Assembly: GCA_963422375.2 (NCBI GenBank)
Contig: OY729427.2
Span: 1,088,001 to 1,152,000, forward strand
DNA: 64,000 nucleotides
Direction of reading: 5' to 3'
From: Bryobacterales bacterium
Lineage (GTDB): Bacteria > Acidobacteriota > Terriglobia > Bryobacterales > UBA6623
A program made the position numbers and the translations under genes. Under the pieces are notes generated by a model. It searched no databases. It saw nothing but the letters and a program-made list of their open reading frames with translations, and was not told the origin of the DNA. Shown here piece after piece: positions 11,334 to 22,082 of the stretch. Position 1 is the stretch's first letter. Each line of letters starts with the position of its first letter.

Positions 11334-12419
11334 GTGGACTTTGGCCTAAACGATGAACAAGCCATGCTGCGCGATTCGGCGCGGGACTTCCTGCGGACGG
11401 AATGGCCCGTCCCGGAACGGCGGCGCATGCTCGACGCTGCCGATTCCGCCGCGGCCGCGGGCGAGCTGTGGTCGAAGATGGCCGGTCTCGGCTGGCCGGG
11501 CCTGCTGGTCAGCGAGGACAGCGGGGGCCTCGGCCTCGGCATGTTCGACTTGGCAGTGCTGATGGAGGAGGCGGGCCGGAGCCTCGTGCCGGGCACGCTG
11601 CATGCCAGCGGGGTCCTGGCCGCGACCGCGCTGGAGACGCTCGGCAGCGCCGACGCGCGCCAGCGCTACCTTCCCGCTATCGCCGAGGGGGCCCTCAGGG
11701 CGACGGTCGGGGTTTACGAGCCCGGTTCCGGCTGGACGCCGATGCTGCTGCAGCCGCCCTCGGGCGGGACCGTGACCAAGCGCTGGGTGCCGGAGGCCCG
11801 GGGGGCGGATCTCGTGCTGTTCCTCGGCCGCACGGGCGGCAACGCCGCGGAACTCGCCGTGGCCCGGGCACCTGCCGTCTCGGACCTAGGCTCGATGGAC
11901 GTGACCCGGCCGCTGTACGAAGTCGCCTGCGAGCGCGCGGAGCTCGAGACGGTCGGCGCGGGCACCCTGGGGGACGTGCAGGCCGTCTTGGATCGGGCGA
12001 CGATCGCGCTCTCCGCCGAGATGGTAGGCAGCGCCGCCCAGGTTCTGGACATGACGGTCGAGTACGTCAAGAGCCGCAAGCAGTTCGGACGGCCGGTCGG
12101 GACGTTCCAGGCCGTGCAGCACAAGGCGGCTGACATGCTCATCGGCATCGAGAAGGCGCGCACCGCAGCGTACTACGCGGCCGCCGTCGCGGACGAGCAG
12201 CCGGAAGAGCTGGGCGAGGCTGCCTCGATCGTCAAGGCAACCGCCAATGCCGCGCTCGTCGATGCCGCCCAGGCAGGCATCCAGCTGCACGGCGGCCTCG
12301 GCTTCACCTGGGAGCAGGACCTGCACCTCTACCTGAAGCGCGCCAAGGCCTGCGAGTTCACCTACGGCGACACGAAGTGGCACCTGGACCGGGTGGCGCA
12401 CGGCCTCGGCCTGACCTGA
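11334..12419 (+). CDS. Acyl-CoA dehydrogenase (short partner subunit)
   Basis: RKQFGRPVGTFQAVQH, IQLHGGLGFTWEQDLHLYLKRA. Confidence 0.92.
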   Translation: MDFGLNDEQAMLRDSARDFLRTEWPVPERRRMLDAADSAAAAGELWSKMAGLGWPGLLVSEDSGGLGLGMFDLAVLMEEAGRSLVPGTLHASGVLAATALETLGSADARQRYLPAIAEGALRATVGVYEPGSGWTPMLLQPPSGGTVTKRWVPEARGADLVLFLGRTGGNAAELAVARAPAVSDLGSMDVTRPLYEVACERAELETVGAGTLGDVQAVLDRATIALSAEMVGSAAQVLDMTVEYVKSRKQFGRPVGTFQAVQHKAADMLIGIEKARTAAYYAAAVADEQPEELGEAASIVKATANAALVDAAQAGIQLHGGLGFTWEQDLHLYLKRAKACEFTYGDTKWHLDRVAHGLGLT

Positions 12420-12470
12420 CGGTCCCGGCGGCGGGCCAACGGGGCCGGCCGCCGTGCTACGCTCGCGCGC

Positions 12471-14045
12471 ATGACCCGGCACCCGGCTCTCGCCATGGCG
12501 GCCGCCCTCGCCATAGGGTCGTGCGCGAGCGGCCCGCCGGAGCCGCCGCGGCGGCCGAACATCCTGTTCGCCATCGCCGACGACGCGTCCTACCCGCACA
12601 TGGGCGCCTACGGCACAGCGTGGGTCAACACCCCGCACTTCGACCGCGTAGCCCGGGACGGAGTGCTGTTCGAGAACGCCTACACGCCCGACGCGAAGTG
12701 CGCGCCGTCGCGCGCCGCGATTCTCACCGGACGGCACCCCTGGCAGCTCGGGGCAGGCGCCAACCACATGGCGTATTTCCCGGCGCGCTTCAAGACTTAT
12801 CCCGAAGCGCTGTCGGAGAACGGCTACTTCGTCGGCATGACCGCCAAGGGCTGGAGTCCCGGCATCGCGAACGACGCCTCTGGCGAGCCGCGCCAGATGG
12901 CCGGAACGCCGTTCAGCGCGCGGGAGGCGGAGCCGCCCACGGCGAGGATTTCCAGAACCGACTACGCGGCGAACTTCGACGACTTCCTGGACGCGGCCCC
13001 CGAGGGCCGGCCGTGGGCCTTCTGGTACGGCTGCAGGGAGCCGCACCGGGCGTACGAATTCCGCTCGGGGGCGGACAAGGGCGGCAAGAGCCCCGAGGAC
13101 ATCGACGAGGTGTACCCGTTCTGGCCCGACACGGAGACGGTGCGCCACGACATGCTCGACTACGCCTACGAGATCGAGCACTTCGACGCCCACCTGGGCC
13201 GCATGCTGGACTCGCTGGCCGGGCGCGGCGAGCTCGGAGAGACCCTAGTCATCGTCACCTCCGACAACGGGATGCCGTTCCCGCGGGTCAAAGCGCAGGA
13301 GTACGAGGCGTCCAACCACTTGCCGCTCGCCATGATGTGGCTGGACGGGATGCCGCACCCGGGCCGGACCGTGGACGACTTCGTCAGCTTCACCGACCTG
13401 GCGCCGACCATCATGGACGCGGCCGGCGTCGACTGGGAGGCTGCCGGGATGGAGCCAGCGGCCGGGCGCAGCCTGATGCGTATCCTGCTCTCGGAGCGGT
13501 CGGGCCGGGTGGAGGCCGACCGCGACCACGTGCTGGTGGGCAAGGAGCGCCACGACATCGGCCGCCCCGGGGACGGGGGCTACCCCATTCGCGGCATCGT
13601 CAAGGGCAGCCTCCTGTACCTGAGAAACTTCGCCGCGGACCGGTGGCCCGCCGGCAACCCCGAGACCGGCTATCTCGCCACCGACGCCAGCCCCACCAAG
13701 ACCGAGATCCTGCAGCTGCGGCGGGCGGGCGGGAACGACCGCTTCTGGCAGCTCGCCTTCGGCAAGCGGGCAGGCGAGGAGCTGTACGACATCGAGAGCG
13801 ACCCCGGCTGCGTCCGCAACCTCGCGGCGGATCTCGAGCACCGCCCGGCAAGGGACGCCCTCGGGGCGCAGCTGGCGCGGGAACTCGAGGCGCTGGGCGA
13901 CCCGCGCATGCTCGGGCAGGGGGAGACGTTCGACCGCTTCCCGAACGCCACGCGCTGGAGGGGCTACTACGAGAAGTTCATGGCAGGCGAGGTCGAGGTG
14001 GCGCCGTGGATCGCGGAGAGCGACATCGACCCCGCCGTCGAGTAG
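12471..14045 (+). CDS. Sulfatase (formylglycine-dependent, sulfamidase-like), probable lipoprotein
   Basis: [26 protein letters not shown]; signal peptide ending IGSC. Confidence 0.92.
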   Translation: MTRHPALAMAAALAIGSCASGPPEPPRRPNILFAIADDASYPHMGAYGTAWVNTPHFDRVARDGVLFENAYTPDAKCAPSRAAILTGRHPWQLGAGANHMAYFPARFKTYPEALSENGYFVGMTAKGWSPGIANDASGEPRQMAGTPFSAREAEPPTARISRTDYAANFDDFLDAAPEGRPWAFWYGCREPHRAYEFRSGADKGGKSPEDIDEVYPFWPDTETVRHDMLDYAYEIEHFDAHLGRMLDSLAGRGELGETLVIVTSDNGMPFPRVKAQEYEASNHLPLAMMWLDGMPHPGRTVDDFVSFTDLAPTIMDAAGVDWEAAGMEPAAGRSLMRILLSERSGRVEADRDHVLVGKERHDIGRPGDGGYPIRGIVKGSLLYLRNFAADRWPAGNPETGYLATDASPTKTEILQLRRAGGNDRFWQLAFGKRAGEELYDIESDPGCVRNLAADLEHRPARDALGAQLARELEALGDPRMLGQGETFDRFPNATRWRGYYEKFMAGEVEVAPWIAESDIDPAVE

Positions 14046-14057
14046 GCGGGCCCGGCC

Positions 14058-15377
14058 TCAGGCCGCCCGGTCCGGGACACGCATCTCGGGAACCTGAATG
14101 CGGACGCGCACGCCGCCGCCCTCGCGGGGCTCGAAGACGAACTGGTACTCCTCGCCGAACAGCACGGTCAGGCGCTCGCGCACGTTGCTGACGCCGATCC
14201 CCTTGCGAAACACGGCCGGCATGTCCCCCAGCGGGATGCCGACGCCGTCGTCCTCGACCTCGATCTGCAGGCGCCCCGAGCGCAGCTTGCAGCTCAGCCG
14301 GATCGTGCCGCTGCCGACCTTGGGTCCGATGCCGTGCTTGATCGAGTTCTCGATGATCGGCTGGAGGATCATGCTCGGCACCAACGCGTCCCCGATGCCC
14401 TCGTCGATCTCCTTCTCGATGCGCAGCCGGCTCCCAAAGCGCACCAGCTCGATCTGCAGGTAGTCGTCGATGAACGCCAGCTCCTCGCGCAGCGGCACGA
14501 AGGCCTCCTGCTTGCGCAGCAGGGTCCGAAGCATCGCCGACAGGCGGTAGACCACTTGGCGGGCCTGGTCCGGGTCGCTGCGAATGAGGGACGCCACCGA
14601 GTTCAGGGTATTGAACAAGAAGTGCGGGTTCATCTGCAGGGCGAGGCTGAGAAAGCGCGCCTCGCTCAGGAGCCTTTGCTGGTTCTCGATCTTCCACTCG
14701 TTCCTAGTGTTGTTCCATACCTTCAGCGTGAGCCCCACCCCGGCCGCGGTCGCGATGCAGGGCAGCAGGAAGATGACCGGGTGCTCCACGAAGGAGCCGC
14801 TGAAGAACGAGAACACCAGTCCCTGCTGCGCGAATTCGGTGGAGAGGTGGATGCGCAGCGCCTCAACGACGAGGCAGATGAGCAGCAGGATGAGCTGGCA
14901 GGCCCCTTGGGAGCTCGGTATCCGGCGGCGCGCCCACTCGACCAGCGGAAACAGGAAGAACGGCGAGAATCTCCACACGTCTTCGGGGTCGCGCGCCCAC
15001 CAGCGCACGAAGCCGCCGAGCGCGCCGACGCCGACCAGCAGCGGCAGGGTGACCCACTCGAGGCCGGGGCCGACCGTCGCGGGCAGCGAAATCAGCGCGC
15101 CCGCCACCGCCCCGGGCACGTACCCGCCGACCAGGCCGGATACCAGCGCTCCCTCGATGCCGACTTCCGCGGCGCGGTAGCCGAGCGCGATCCGCACGAC
15201 CGATCCGCCCGCGAAGACGACGCCGAAGAGGGCCGCGAGCTCCAGCCGCTGGCGCAGGGTGCGCTGCTCGCGCAAGAACAGGCGCTTGGCGAAATTCGGG
15301 CGCAGCGCGATGCTTGCCATCGAGGCCAGCACGGCGATCTTGACGAGGAGCGTGACGAGGAGATCCGTGCTGGCCAT
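14058..15377 (-). CDS. LytS/YehU-family membrane sensor histidine kinase
   Basis: N-terminal TM helices; LQMNPHFLFNTLN, ILQPIIENSIKHG, VEDDGVG, GIGVSNVRERL. Confidence 0.93.
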   Translation of the reverse strand: MASTDLLVTLLVKIAVLASMASIALRPNFAKRLFLREQRTLRQRLELAALFGVVFAGGSVVRIALGYRAAEVGIEGALVSGLVGGYVPGAVAGALISLPATVGPGLEWVTLPLLVGVGALGGFVRWWARDPEDVWRFSPFFLFPLVEWARRRIPSSQGACQLILLLICLVVEALRIHLSTEFAQQGLVFSFFSGSFVEHPVIFLLPCIATAAGVGLTLKVWNNTRNEWKIENQQRLLSEARFLSLALQMNPHFLFNTLNSVASLIRSDPDQARQVVYRLSAMLRTLLRKQEAFVPLREELAFIDDYLQIELVRFGSRLRIEKEIDEGIGDALVPSMILQPIIENSIKHGIGPKVGSGTIRLSCKLRSGRLQIEVEDDGVGIPLGDMPAVFRKGIGVSNVRERLTVLFGEEYQFVFEPREGGGVRVRIQVPEMRVPDRAA

Positions 15378-15505
15378 CGGGAACGGGCCGGACGGCCGCC
15401 TGCGGGACCGCGAACCTGCCCTGCCTATAATGATTCTTCGCGGGCGCGCAGGAATTCAACCCGCTCGAGGCGTCCGGCGGCACCCTCCTGCAACCGAACG
15501 CAACC

Positions 15506-16138
15506 ATGCCGGATCCCGCCAGGCCGCCCGGGGGCTGCACCGTCGAACTGGTCGCCGAGGCCGACTTCCCGACGCGTTTCGGGAGCTTCCGCATCCGCGG
15601 GTTCCGCGGCCGCGCACCGCGACGCACCCAGGAAATCGTCGTGCTGACGCGGGGCAGTCCGGGGCAGTCCGGGCCCGCGCCCCTGCTGCGCATCCATTCC
15701 CAGTGCCTGACCGGCGAAGTGTTCGGCAGCCTGCGCTGCGATTGCGGGCCCCAGCTCGCGCTGGCGCTCGCGAGGATCGCCGAGTCCGGGCACGGCCTGC
15801 TGATCTACGATCCGCAGGAGGGGCGCGGGATCGGCCTGCTCAACAAGCTCATGGCGTACCAGCTGCAAGACGAGGGAGCGGACACGGTCGAGGCCAACCA
15901 GAAGCTGGGGTTCGGAGCGGACGAGAGGGAGTACGGCTACGCGGTGGCGGTCCTGCGGCATTTCGGCATCGAGCGCGTGCGGCTGCTGTCGAACAACCCG
16001 ACCAAGGTCAAGGCGCTGGAGGGAGCAGGGATTCGCGTCGCCGAGCGGGTGCCCTGCGAGCCCGACGCCGGGCGGATCGCGGCGCCCTACCTCCGGACGA
16101 AGAGGGACAAGCTCGGGCACCTGGTCGAGAGCGTCTGA
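15506..16138 (+). CDS. ribA: GTP cyclohydrolase II
   Basis: RIHSQCLTGEVFGSLRCDCGPQL, QEGRGIGL, LLSNNP, YLRTKRDKLGH. Confidence 0.97.
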   Translation: MPDPARPPGGCTVELVAEADFPTRFGSFRIRGFRGRAPRRTQEIVVLTRGSPGQSGPAPLLRIHSQCLTGEVFGSLRCDCGPQLALALARIAESGHGLLIYDPQEGRGIGLLNKLMAYQLQDEGADTVEANQKLGFGADEREYGYAVAVLRHFGIERVRLLSNNPTKVKALEGAGIRVAERVPCEPDAGRIAAPYLRTKRDKLGHLVESV

Positions 16139-16157
16139 GCCCGTCCGCGAGCCTGCG

Positions 16158-16976
16158 TCAAGGGAAGCCGCGCGACGCGGACAGGTCGCCGTAGGAGACG
16201 ATCTCGATCCCGCCGGCGGCGACGGCCCGTCGCGCCGCGTCCGAGCACAGGGCCTCCATCTCCGCCTCGCGGCTGCGCTTGAGCCGCGTGGGCGCCAGCA
16301 GCAGCTCCGGGCCGCAGATGCCCGGATGGCAAACCAGCTCGCCGACGCCATCGGGAAGCGCCGACAGCAGCGCGGCAAGGCGCGCAGGCCCCAGCGAGCC
16401 GGTCGAGACGAAGCCGGCGAAGTAGTCCGCCGTGCGGCAGCGAGCCCGGCCCAAGCGCTCGTCGAAGGGAATGCGGAAGGGGCGCGCCAGCAGGGAGAGC
16501 AGGGCCCGCGGCCCGGGGGCCAGGCCCAGCGGCACGTCGAAGGGCTTGCGGATCCAGCCGATCCGGTATTCGTCGGCGACGCGAGCCAGCGCGTCGAGCA
16601 CGGGCGGGAGCAGGTGGACGTGCTTGTGCGTGTCGAGGTGCGTCGGCCGGATGCCTCTCGCGAGCAGGGCCTCTACCTGCGCCCGGAACTCGCCCGGAGG
16701 GTCCAGCGCCGCGAGCGGCGTGGCGAGCAGGCGCCCGAGGGTAGCGGGCAGCCGCCTGCCCGGGCGCGCAAGGGACGCGCCCTGCACCAGCGTCAGGTGG
16801 CAGCCGACGCCGAGGCCGGGATGCCGCTGGGCGAGGCGGACGGCATGGCGGAAGGCCGCGCCGTTGGCCATCAGCGACACGGAACTCACGATCCCGTGCA
16901 GGTGGCTGCGCAGTATGCCTTCGTTGACGTCCGAAGCGAAGCCGAAGTCGTCGGCATTCACTACCAAGCGCTTCAC
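16158..16976 (-). CDS. ChbG/HpnK (YdjC) family carbohydrate deacetylase
   Basis: VVNADDFG, HLDTHKHVH, ELVCHPG. Confidence 0.92.
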   Translation of the reverse strand: MKRLVVNADDFGFASDVNEGILRSHLHGIVSSVSLMANGAAFRHAVRLAQRHPGLGVGCHLTLVQGASLARPGRRLPATLGRLLATPLAALDPPGEFRAQVEALLARGIRPTHLDTHKHVHLLPPVLDALARVADEYRIGWIRKPFDVPLGLAPGPRALLSLLARPFRIPFDERLGRARCRTADYFAGFVSTGSLGPARLAALLSALPDGVGELVCHPGICGPELLLAPTRLKRSREAEMEALCSDAARRAVAAGGIEIVSYGDLSASRGFP

Positions 16977-17002
16977 GCAGCGCGCAAGCCGTCTAAGGCA
17001 GG

Positions 17003-17030
17003 AGGCGGCGGGGCGCTAGCCCCGCCGCCT
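17003..17030. terminator. Perfect 12-bp GC hairpin (AGGCGGCGGGGC-gcta-GCCCCGCCGCCT)
   Basis: Inverted repeat read directly; no clear U-tract, so terminator function is uncertain. Confidence 0.5.
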
Positions 17031-17105
17031 CGGTCAACCACAGGTTCACAAGGAGAAGGTAATCGAACCGTAGTCTTTGTCAGCACTACCCAAGACGACT
17101 GAGCG
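17003..17105 (-). ncRNA. Candidate small RNA with anti-Shine-Dalgarno loop
   Basis: AT-richer intergenic island with three potential hairpins; on the minus strand GGTTC...GAACC encloses CCTTCTCCTT. Confidence 0.35.
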
Positions 17106-17170
17106 GCCCGGTCTTACGGCACGAATTCCGAGGAACCGAGAATTTCTCGCCGCGCCCGCGCGGCGGCGGG

Positions 17171-18859
17171 TCAGAAGCGGTCCGCGAAGATCCCGTAGCT
17201 GAACACCAGGCCCAGGAGCCCGGCCGCGGCGACGTAGTAGAGCATCGGATAGATCGTGCGGCGGATCAGGAGGCCCTCGCGGCCGACGAGACCTACGGTG
17301 GCGCTGGCCGCCACGACGTTATGCACGGTGATCATGTTCCCGGCGGCCCCTCCCAGCGCCTGCAGTCCCAAGATGACGAGGTGGGGGACGCCGATGCGGT
17401 CCGCCACGCCGTACTGGAAGAGGCTGAACATCAGGTCGCTGACCGTGTTCGAGCCGGCGACGAAGGCCCCGAGGGCCCCGATCATCGCCGCGAAGAACGG
17501 CCACGCCGCCCCAGCCACCGCGGCCACGAACTCCGCCAGCACCAGCGGCATGCTCTGCAGGCCGGAGGCGTTGACGTCCGAATCGATGAATACGCGCACC
17601 AAGGCCACCGCGAAGACGAGCGCGAACGCCGGCCCCGCCAGCATGCGCGCCGAGGCCGACCAAGCCCTGCGCATCTGGGCTCCCGACATGCGATGCAGCC
17701 AGGCGGTGACGAGCGACACGAGCAGGAAGATCGTCCCGGGCAGGTAGAGCGGCTGGATGCCCTGGGACAGGCCGGTGCCGAGGATGCCGTCCCAAGAAAC
17801 CTGCACCGACGCCAGCCACGACTTCAGGGGCAGCGCGGGCAGGCGGGTGATCACCAGCAGGACAGCGACCAGTACGTACGGCATCCATGCGCGAGAGAGC
17901 GCCATGCCGGACGGCTTCCCATCGAGGTCCCCGCTGAAGGTGCCCGTCCATTCCGGGGCCCAGCTCGCGCGGGCCGGGAACTCCCAGGGCTGCGCGCCCG
18001 AGAGCAGGAATCCCTTGCGCGCCGCCGTGACCACGATCGCCAGGCCGAGAAGGCCGCCCAGCAGCGACGGGAACTCGGGCCCGAGAAAGACGGCCACGAG
18101 CAGATACGGGCCGGTGAACGCGACGCCCGAGAACAGGGCGAATTTCCAGATGCCCAATCCCTCCCTGAAGGAGCGGCTCGCGCCGAAGAACCGGGTCATC
18201 ATGCAGCAGATGATCAAGGGGATCAACGTGCCGACGATGGCATGGGGAATGGCTGCGAACACCCCGATCTGATAGATGAACTGCGCGTAGGGCAGGCCAG
18301 CCTGCGCCAGAGCGCTCTCGACCGCTTCCACGTTGAGGGACTCCGCCATGCCGACGAGGATCGGAGTGCCCACGGCACCGAAGGTCACGGGCGTGCTCTG
18401 AATGATCAGCGTGCACATCACGGCCGCGAGCGCCGGAAAGCCCAAGGCCAGCAGCAGCGGGGCGGCCACCGCCGCCGGCGTGCCGAAGCCGGACGCGCCC
18501 TCGATGAACGCTCCGAACATCCAAGCCACGATGATCAGCTGCACGCGGCGGTCGCGGGACACGTCCATGAAGCCTTGGCGGATCGACGCGGCCGCGCCGC
18601 TCTCCGACAGAGTCTGCAGCAGGAGAATCGCCCCGAAGATGATCCACAGCAGCGAGACCGCGATCATCGAGCCGCGAATCGAAGCCGCAGCGACTTGCAC
18701 GGTCGAGACCTTCCAGAAGGCCAGCGCGAAGCCGGCGGTCATCAGGTACGCGACGGGCATGGCCCGAGTGGCAGGCCAGCGCAGGGCGACCAGGAAAACC
18801 ATCACCGCGAGGATGGGCAGGACAGCGATGAATGCGTACAACGCCGAGGCTTCTTGCAT
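17171..18859 (-). CDS. L-lactate permease (LctP family)
   Basis: [54 protein letters not shown]. Confidence 0.93.
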   Translation of the reverse strand: MQEASALYAFIAVLPILAVMVFLVALRWPATRAMPVAYLMTAGFALAFWKVSTVQVAAASIRGSMIAVSLLWIIFGAILLLQTLSESGAAASIRQGFMDVSRDRRVQLIIVAWMFGAFIEGASGFGTPAAVAAPLLLALGFPALAAVMCTLIIQSTPVTFGAVGTPILVGMAESLNVEAVESALAQAGLPYAQFIYQIGVFAAIPHAIVGTLIPLIICCMMTRFFGASRSFREGLGIWKFALFSGVAFTGPYLLVAVFLGPEFPSLLGGLLGLAIVVTAARKGFLLSGAQPWEFPARASWAPEWTGTFSGDLDGKPSGMALSRAWMPYVLVAVLLVITRLPALPLKSWLASVQVSWDGILGTGLSQGIQPLYLPGTIFLLVSLVTAWLHRMSGAQMRRAWSASARMLAGPAFALVFAVALVRVFIDSDVNASGLQSMPLVLAEFVAAVAGAAWPFFAAMIGALGAFVAGSNTVSDLMFSLFQYGVADRIGVPHLVILGLQALGGAAGNMITVHNVVAASATVGLVGREGLLIRRTIYPMLYYVAAAGLLGLVFSYGIFADRF

Positions 18860-18867
18860 GAGCGTAA

Positions 18868-18897
18868 AGGCTAGCCGCAGCGGCGAGGGAGTGTCAA
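18868..18897 (-). promoter_or_regulatory. Sigma70-type promoter TTGACA-N18-TAGCCT, 8 nt upstream of the permease ATG
   Basis: Reverse complement of 18892-18897 and 18868-18873. Confidence 0.6.
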
Positions 18898-19192
18898 GCC
18901 GCCGACCTCCCCTGCGCGCGGCGGCGGCGGGCGGCATCTTCTCCGCGAGCCGTCCGCGGTCTCTTGGAAGCGATGTAGGAATTGCCGGACTTGCCGGCCC
19001 CGAAGGCCGGCGCGCGCTTCGGCGCGCGCCGAATTTCGCCGAGGGCGCTCTCGAGCGGGGAGGGCGTTTCGCGGGCGCGCGAAACACTCCGGCGCGCTCG
19101 CGCCGTGCCAATGCGCCCGAGGCTCCGGCGAAGATCGCCGGCACCGTCCGCGCGTCCGGCGAGCCCAGTCGACGGCACGGCATCTCGCTACA

Positions 19193-22045
19193 ATGCCCCG
19201 GTGGCGCGAACTCGCATGGCGGGTTCCCTCGAGAGCAGCAATAGCGCACAGAGCGCTACGGACCGGCACCTTGGAGATCTGCCCGGAATCGCGTGAATCC
19301 CGTCGACCGCGTGCGTCCAGGCGGGCTCGTCCGACGCGCTGGCGGCTCCTTCTCACCTCGATTCCCCTCGCTGCCTGCCTCGGCAGCGTCGCGCCGGGCG
19401 CCGAGTCCGGCGACGAGTATTTCGAGAAGCGGGTACGCCCGCTCCTGTTCGAGCACTGCTCCCAGTGCCATGGCGAGCGCCTGCAGTCCGCAGGCATCGA
19501 CCTAGGCAAGCCCGAGACGGTGATCGGCAGCGCGGTTGTCAGAGGCGACGAGTCGAGCCCGCTTATCCGGGCGATCCGCTACGAGAGCGCGATCAAGATG
19601 CCTCCGACCTCGAAGCTGTCGGAAGAGGCCGTCGGCACGCTGGTCGACTGGGTGCGCATGGGCGCCCCGTGGCCGGGCTACGAACCGGCTCGGACGGGCG
19701 ATGGCGGAGAGACCGACCAAGCGCCGCAGAGCAGCCATTGGGCCTTCCAGCCGCTGGCCGATCCCGCAGTCCCGGACATCGGCGAGTCGGACTGGGCGCG
19801 GAACGAAATCGACCGGTTCGTCCTAGCGCGGCTGCGCGCGGAGGGCCTCGAGCCGGCGCCCGCCGCCGGCAAGCTCGCCCTGCTGCGCCGGGCCAAGTTC
19901 GACCTGCAGGGCCTCCCCCCGGACGGCGGCGAGATTCGGCGCTTCCTCGCGGACACCTCGGCCGGCGCTTTCGGGCGCTTGGTCGAGGATCTGCTGTCCT
20001 CGCCCCACTACGGCGAGCGCTGGGGCCGGCACTGGCTGGACGTAGCCCGCTACGCCGACTCGACCGGAGTCGACGAGGACCACCCGTTCGGGAACTCGTG
20101 GCGCTACCGGGATTACGTGGTCAGCGCTTTGAACGAGGACCTGCCGTTCGACCAGTTCGTGCAGGAGCAGATCGCCGGGGACTTGCTGCCCGCCGAGGAC
20201 GGCGCGCCCATCAACGCCCGCGGCATCGTCGCGACCGGCTTCCTCGCCCTCGGCCCGATGGCCCTGGCCCAGCGCGATCCCATCCAGAAGAAATACGATG
20301 TCGTAGACGAGCAAATCGACACCACCTCGAAGGCGCTCCTAGGCCTGACGATCGCGTGCGCCCGCTGCCACGACCACAAGTTCGACCCGATCCTTGCCAG
20401 CGACTACTACGCACTGGCCGGAATCTTCGCCAGCACGCGCACCTTCGACGACTGGCGGACGAACGGCTCGCGATACTACAAGCACCCGCTGGTGGACCGG
20501 GAGACTTACGCCCGCTTCAGGGCCCGGGCCGGCGCGCTCGAGAGCCTGCGGCGGATCCGCCTCGTGGCGCTGCGGCGGGCGAAGATGCGCTACGTCGCCT
20601 CCGGCCCGGCGAGGCGGGTGGGTGCGTACATGCTGGCGGCGGCCGGGCTCGGAGAGGCCGAGGGACTGGAGAGCGAGGCGCTCGCATGGTTCCGCCAGTA
20701 CCTGGAGCCGCAGCCCGGGGCCAAGCCGCACCTGGACCGTTGGCACGACGCCCCGAGCGAGAGGGAGGACGTCGCGAACGCTCTCGAGCTAGATCTGCTC
20801 GACACCCTCGCGCAGAGGATCAAGCGCCTCGGGGCGTGGCTGGAAAGGGCGGAGCTGGCGTCCCGCGGGGCACCCGGCGCGGAGCCGCCGGAGTTCCCGT
20901 CGGACATTCCCTCGTCCCCGCTGTACCGCGACCTGTTCGACGACGGAGCCCCGTTCGACTGGGAGCCCGACGCGATCGCTGCCCGTTTCGACGCCCTGGA
21001 CCGGGCGCGAATCGATTTTCTGGACAGCCGGATCGCCGAGGCACGGGAGTCGCTGCCGGACGAGCCCCCGATGGCCAACAGCGTGGCGGAAGGCGACGTC
21101 GTGCGACAGCGCGTCTTCCGACGCGGCCAGCACAAGAACCCCGGCCGCGCCGTGGCGAAGCGCTTCCCCCTCGTGCTGGCGGGAACCGACCAGCCGGAGA
21201 TCGCCTCTGGCAGCGGGCGCCTCGAGCTGGCCCGCTGGCTCGCTTCGGAGGCCAACCCGCTGGCGCCGCGCGTGATCGCGAACCGTATCTGGCTGTGGCA
21301 CTTCGGCGAGGGGCTGGTCCGCACGCCGAACAACTTCGGAATCCGCGGGGAGGCCCCGACCCACCCCGCGCTGCTGGACTGGCTGGCCCGGCGCTTCATC
21401 GAGAGCGGCTGGTCGGTCAAGAGCCTCCACCGGCTGATCATGGACTCGGCCACCTACCGAATGAGCAGCGCCATCTCCGCGGAGGCCGTCGAGAGGGATC
21501 CGGAGAACCGCCTCTGGTCTCGGTTCGACCGGCGCAGGCTCGTCCTGGAGGAGATGCGCGACAGCTACCTGGCGATCAGCGGCCAGCTGGACCCGGCGGT
21601 CGGAGGCGACACCGACCGGGGCGCCGGCCGACTCGTGGAATTCGACCGCAACAACCGGCGCATCGACCCCGACGACTACACACGGCGCAGCCTGTACCTG
21701 CCCCTGATGCGCAACAAGCTACCCGTCTTGCTGGGCCTGTTCGATTTCGGCGACGCCACGACGTCCGGGGGACAGCGCTCCGTGACGAACGTGGCGCCCC
21801 AGGCCCTGTACCTGTTGAACAGCGGTTTCGCCGAGAAGACGGCGGGCCTGGTCGCGGCGGCCCTCGACGGACCGGTTGCGACCCGCGTCGAGCAGGCCTA
21901 CCTGCGCGTTCTGGCTCGCCCGCCCACGCGGGAGGAGAGTGGACGTGCCGCCGCCTACGTGCAGGCCTACGCCGGGGAGGGGACTGCATGGACGAGCCTG
22001 TGCAAGATGCTCCTAGCTTCGAACGAGTTCCACTACGTCGAATAG
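19193..22045 (+). CDS. PSD1/PSCyt (DUF1553+DUF1549) planctomycete-type cytochrome c domain protein; start uncertain
   Basis: CSQCH and [11 protein letters not shown] motifs, [32 protein letters not shown]-terminal SNEFHYVE. Confidence 0.92.
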   Translation: MPRWRELAWRVPSRAAIAHRALRTGTLEICPESRESRRPRASRRARPTRWRLLLTSIPLAACLGSVAPGAESGDEYFEKRVRPLLFEHCSQCHGERLQSAGIDLGKPETVIGSAVVRGDESSPLIRAIRYESAIKMPPTSKLSEEAVGTLVDWVRMGAPWPGYEPARTGDGGETDQAPQSSHWAFQPLADPAVPDIGESDWARNEIDRFVLARLRAEGLEPAPAAGKLALLRRAKFDLQGLPPDGGEIRRFLADTSAGAFGRLVEDLLSSPHYGERWGRHWLDVARYADSTGVDEDHPFGNSWRYRDYVVSALNEDLPFDQFVQEQIAGDLLPAEDGAPINARGIVATGFLALGPMALAQRDPIQKKYDVVDEQIDTTSKALLGLTIACARCHDHKFDPILASDYYALAGIFASTRTFDDWRTNGSRYYKHPLVDRETYARFRARAGALESLRRIRLVALRRAKMRYVASGPARRVGAYMLAAAGLGEAEGLESEALAWFRQYLEPQPGAKPHLDRWHDAPSEREDVANALELDLLDTLAQRIKRLGAWLERAELASRGAPGAEPPEFPSDIPSSPLYRDLFDDGAPFDWEPDAIAARFDALDRARIDFLDSRIAEARESLPDEPPMANSVAEGDVVRQRVFRRGQHKNPGRAVAKRFPLVLAGTDQPEIASGSGRLELARWLASEANPLAPRVIANRIWLWHFGEGLVRTPNNFGIRGEAPTHPALLDWLARRFIESGWSVKSLHRLIMDSATYRMSSAISAEAVERDPENRLWSRFDRRRLVLEEMRDSYLAISGQLDPAVGGDTDRGAGRLVEFDRNNRRIDPDDYTRRSLYLPLMRNKLPVLLGLFDFGDATTSGGQRSVTNVAPQALYLLNSGFAEKTAGLVAAALDGPVATRVEQAYLRVLARPPTREESGRAAAYVQAYAGEGTAWTSLCKMLLASNEFHYVE

Positions 22046-22082
22046 CGTCGGCGATCAGGCGGTCGGTGGTAGGCTGGTGCGC

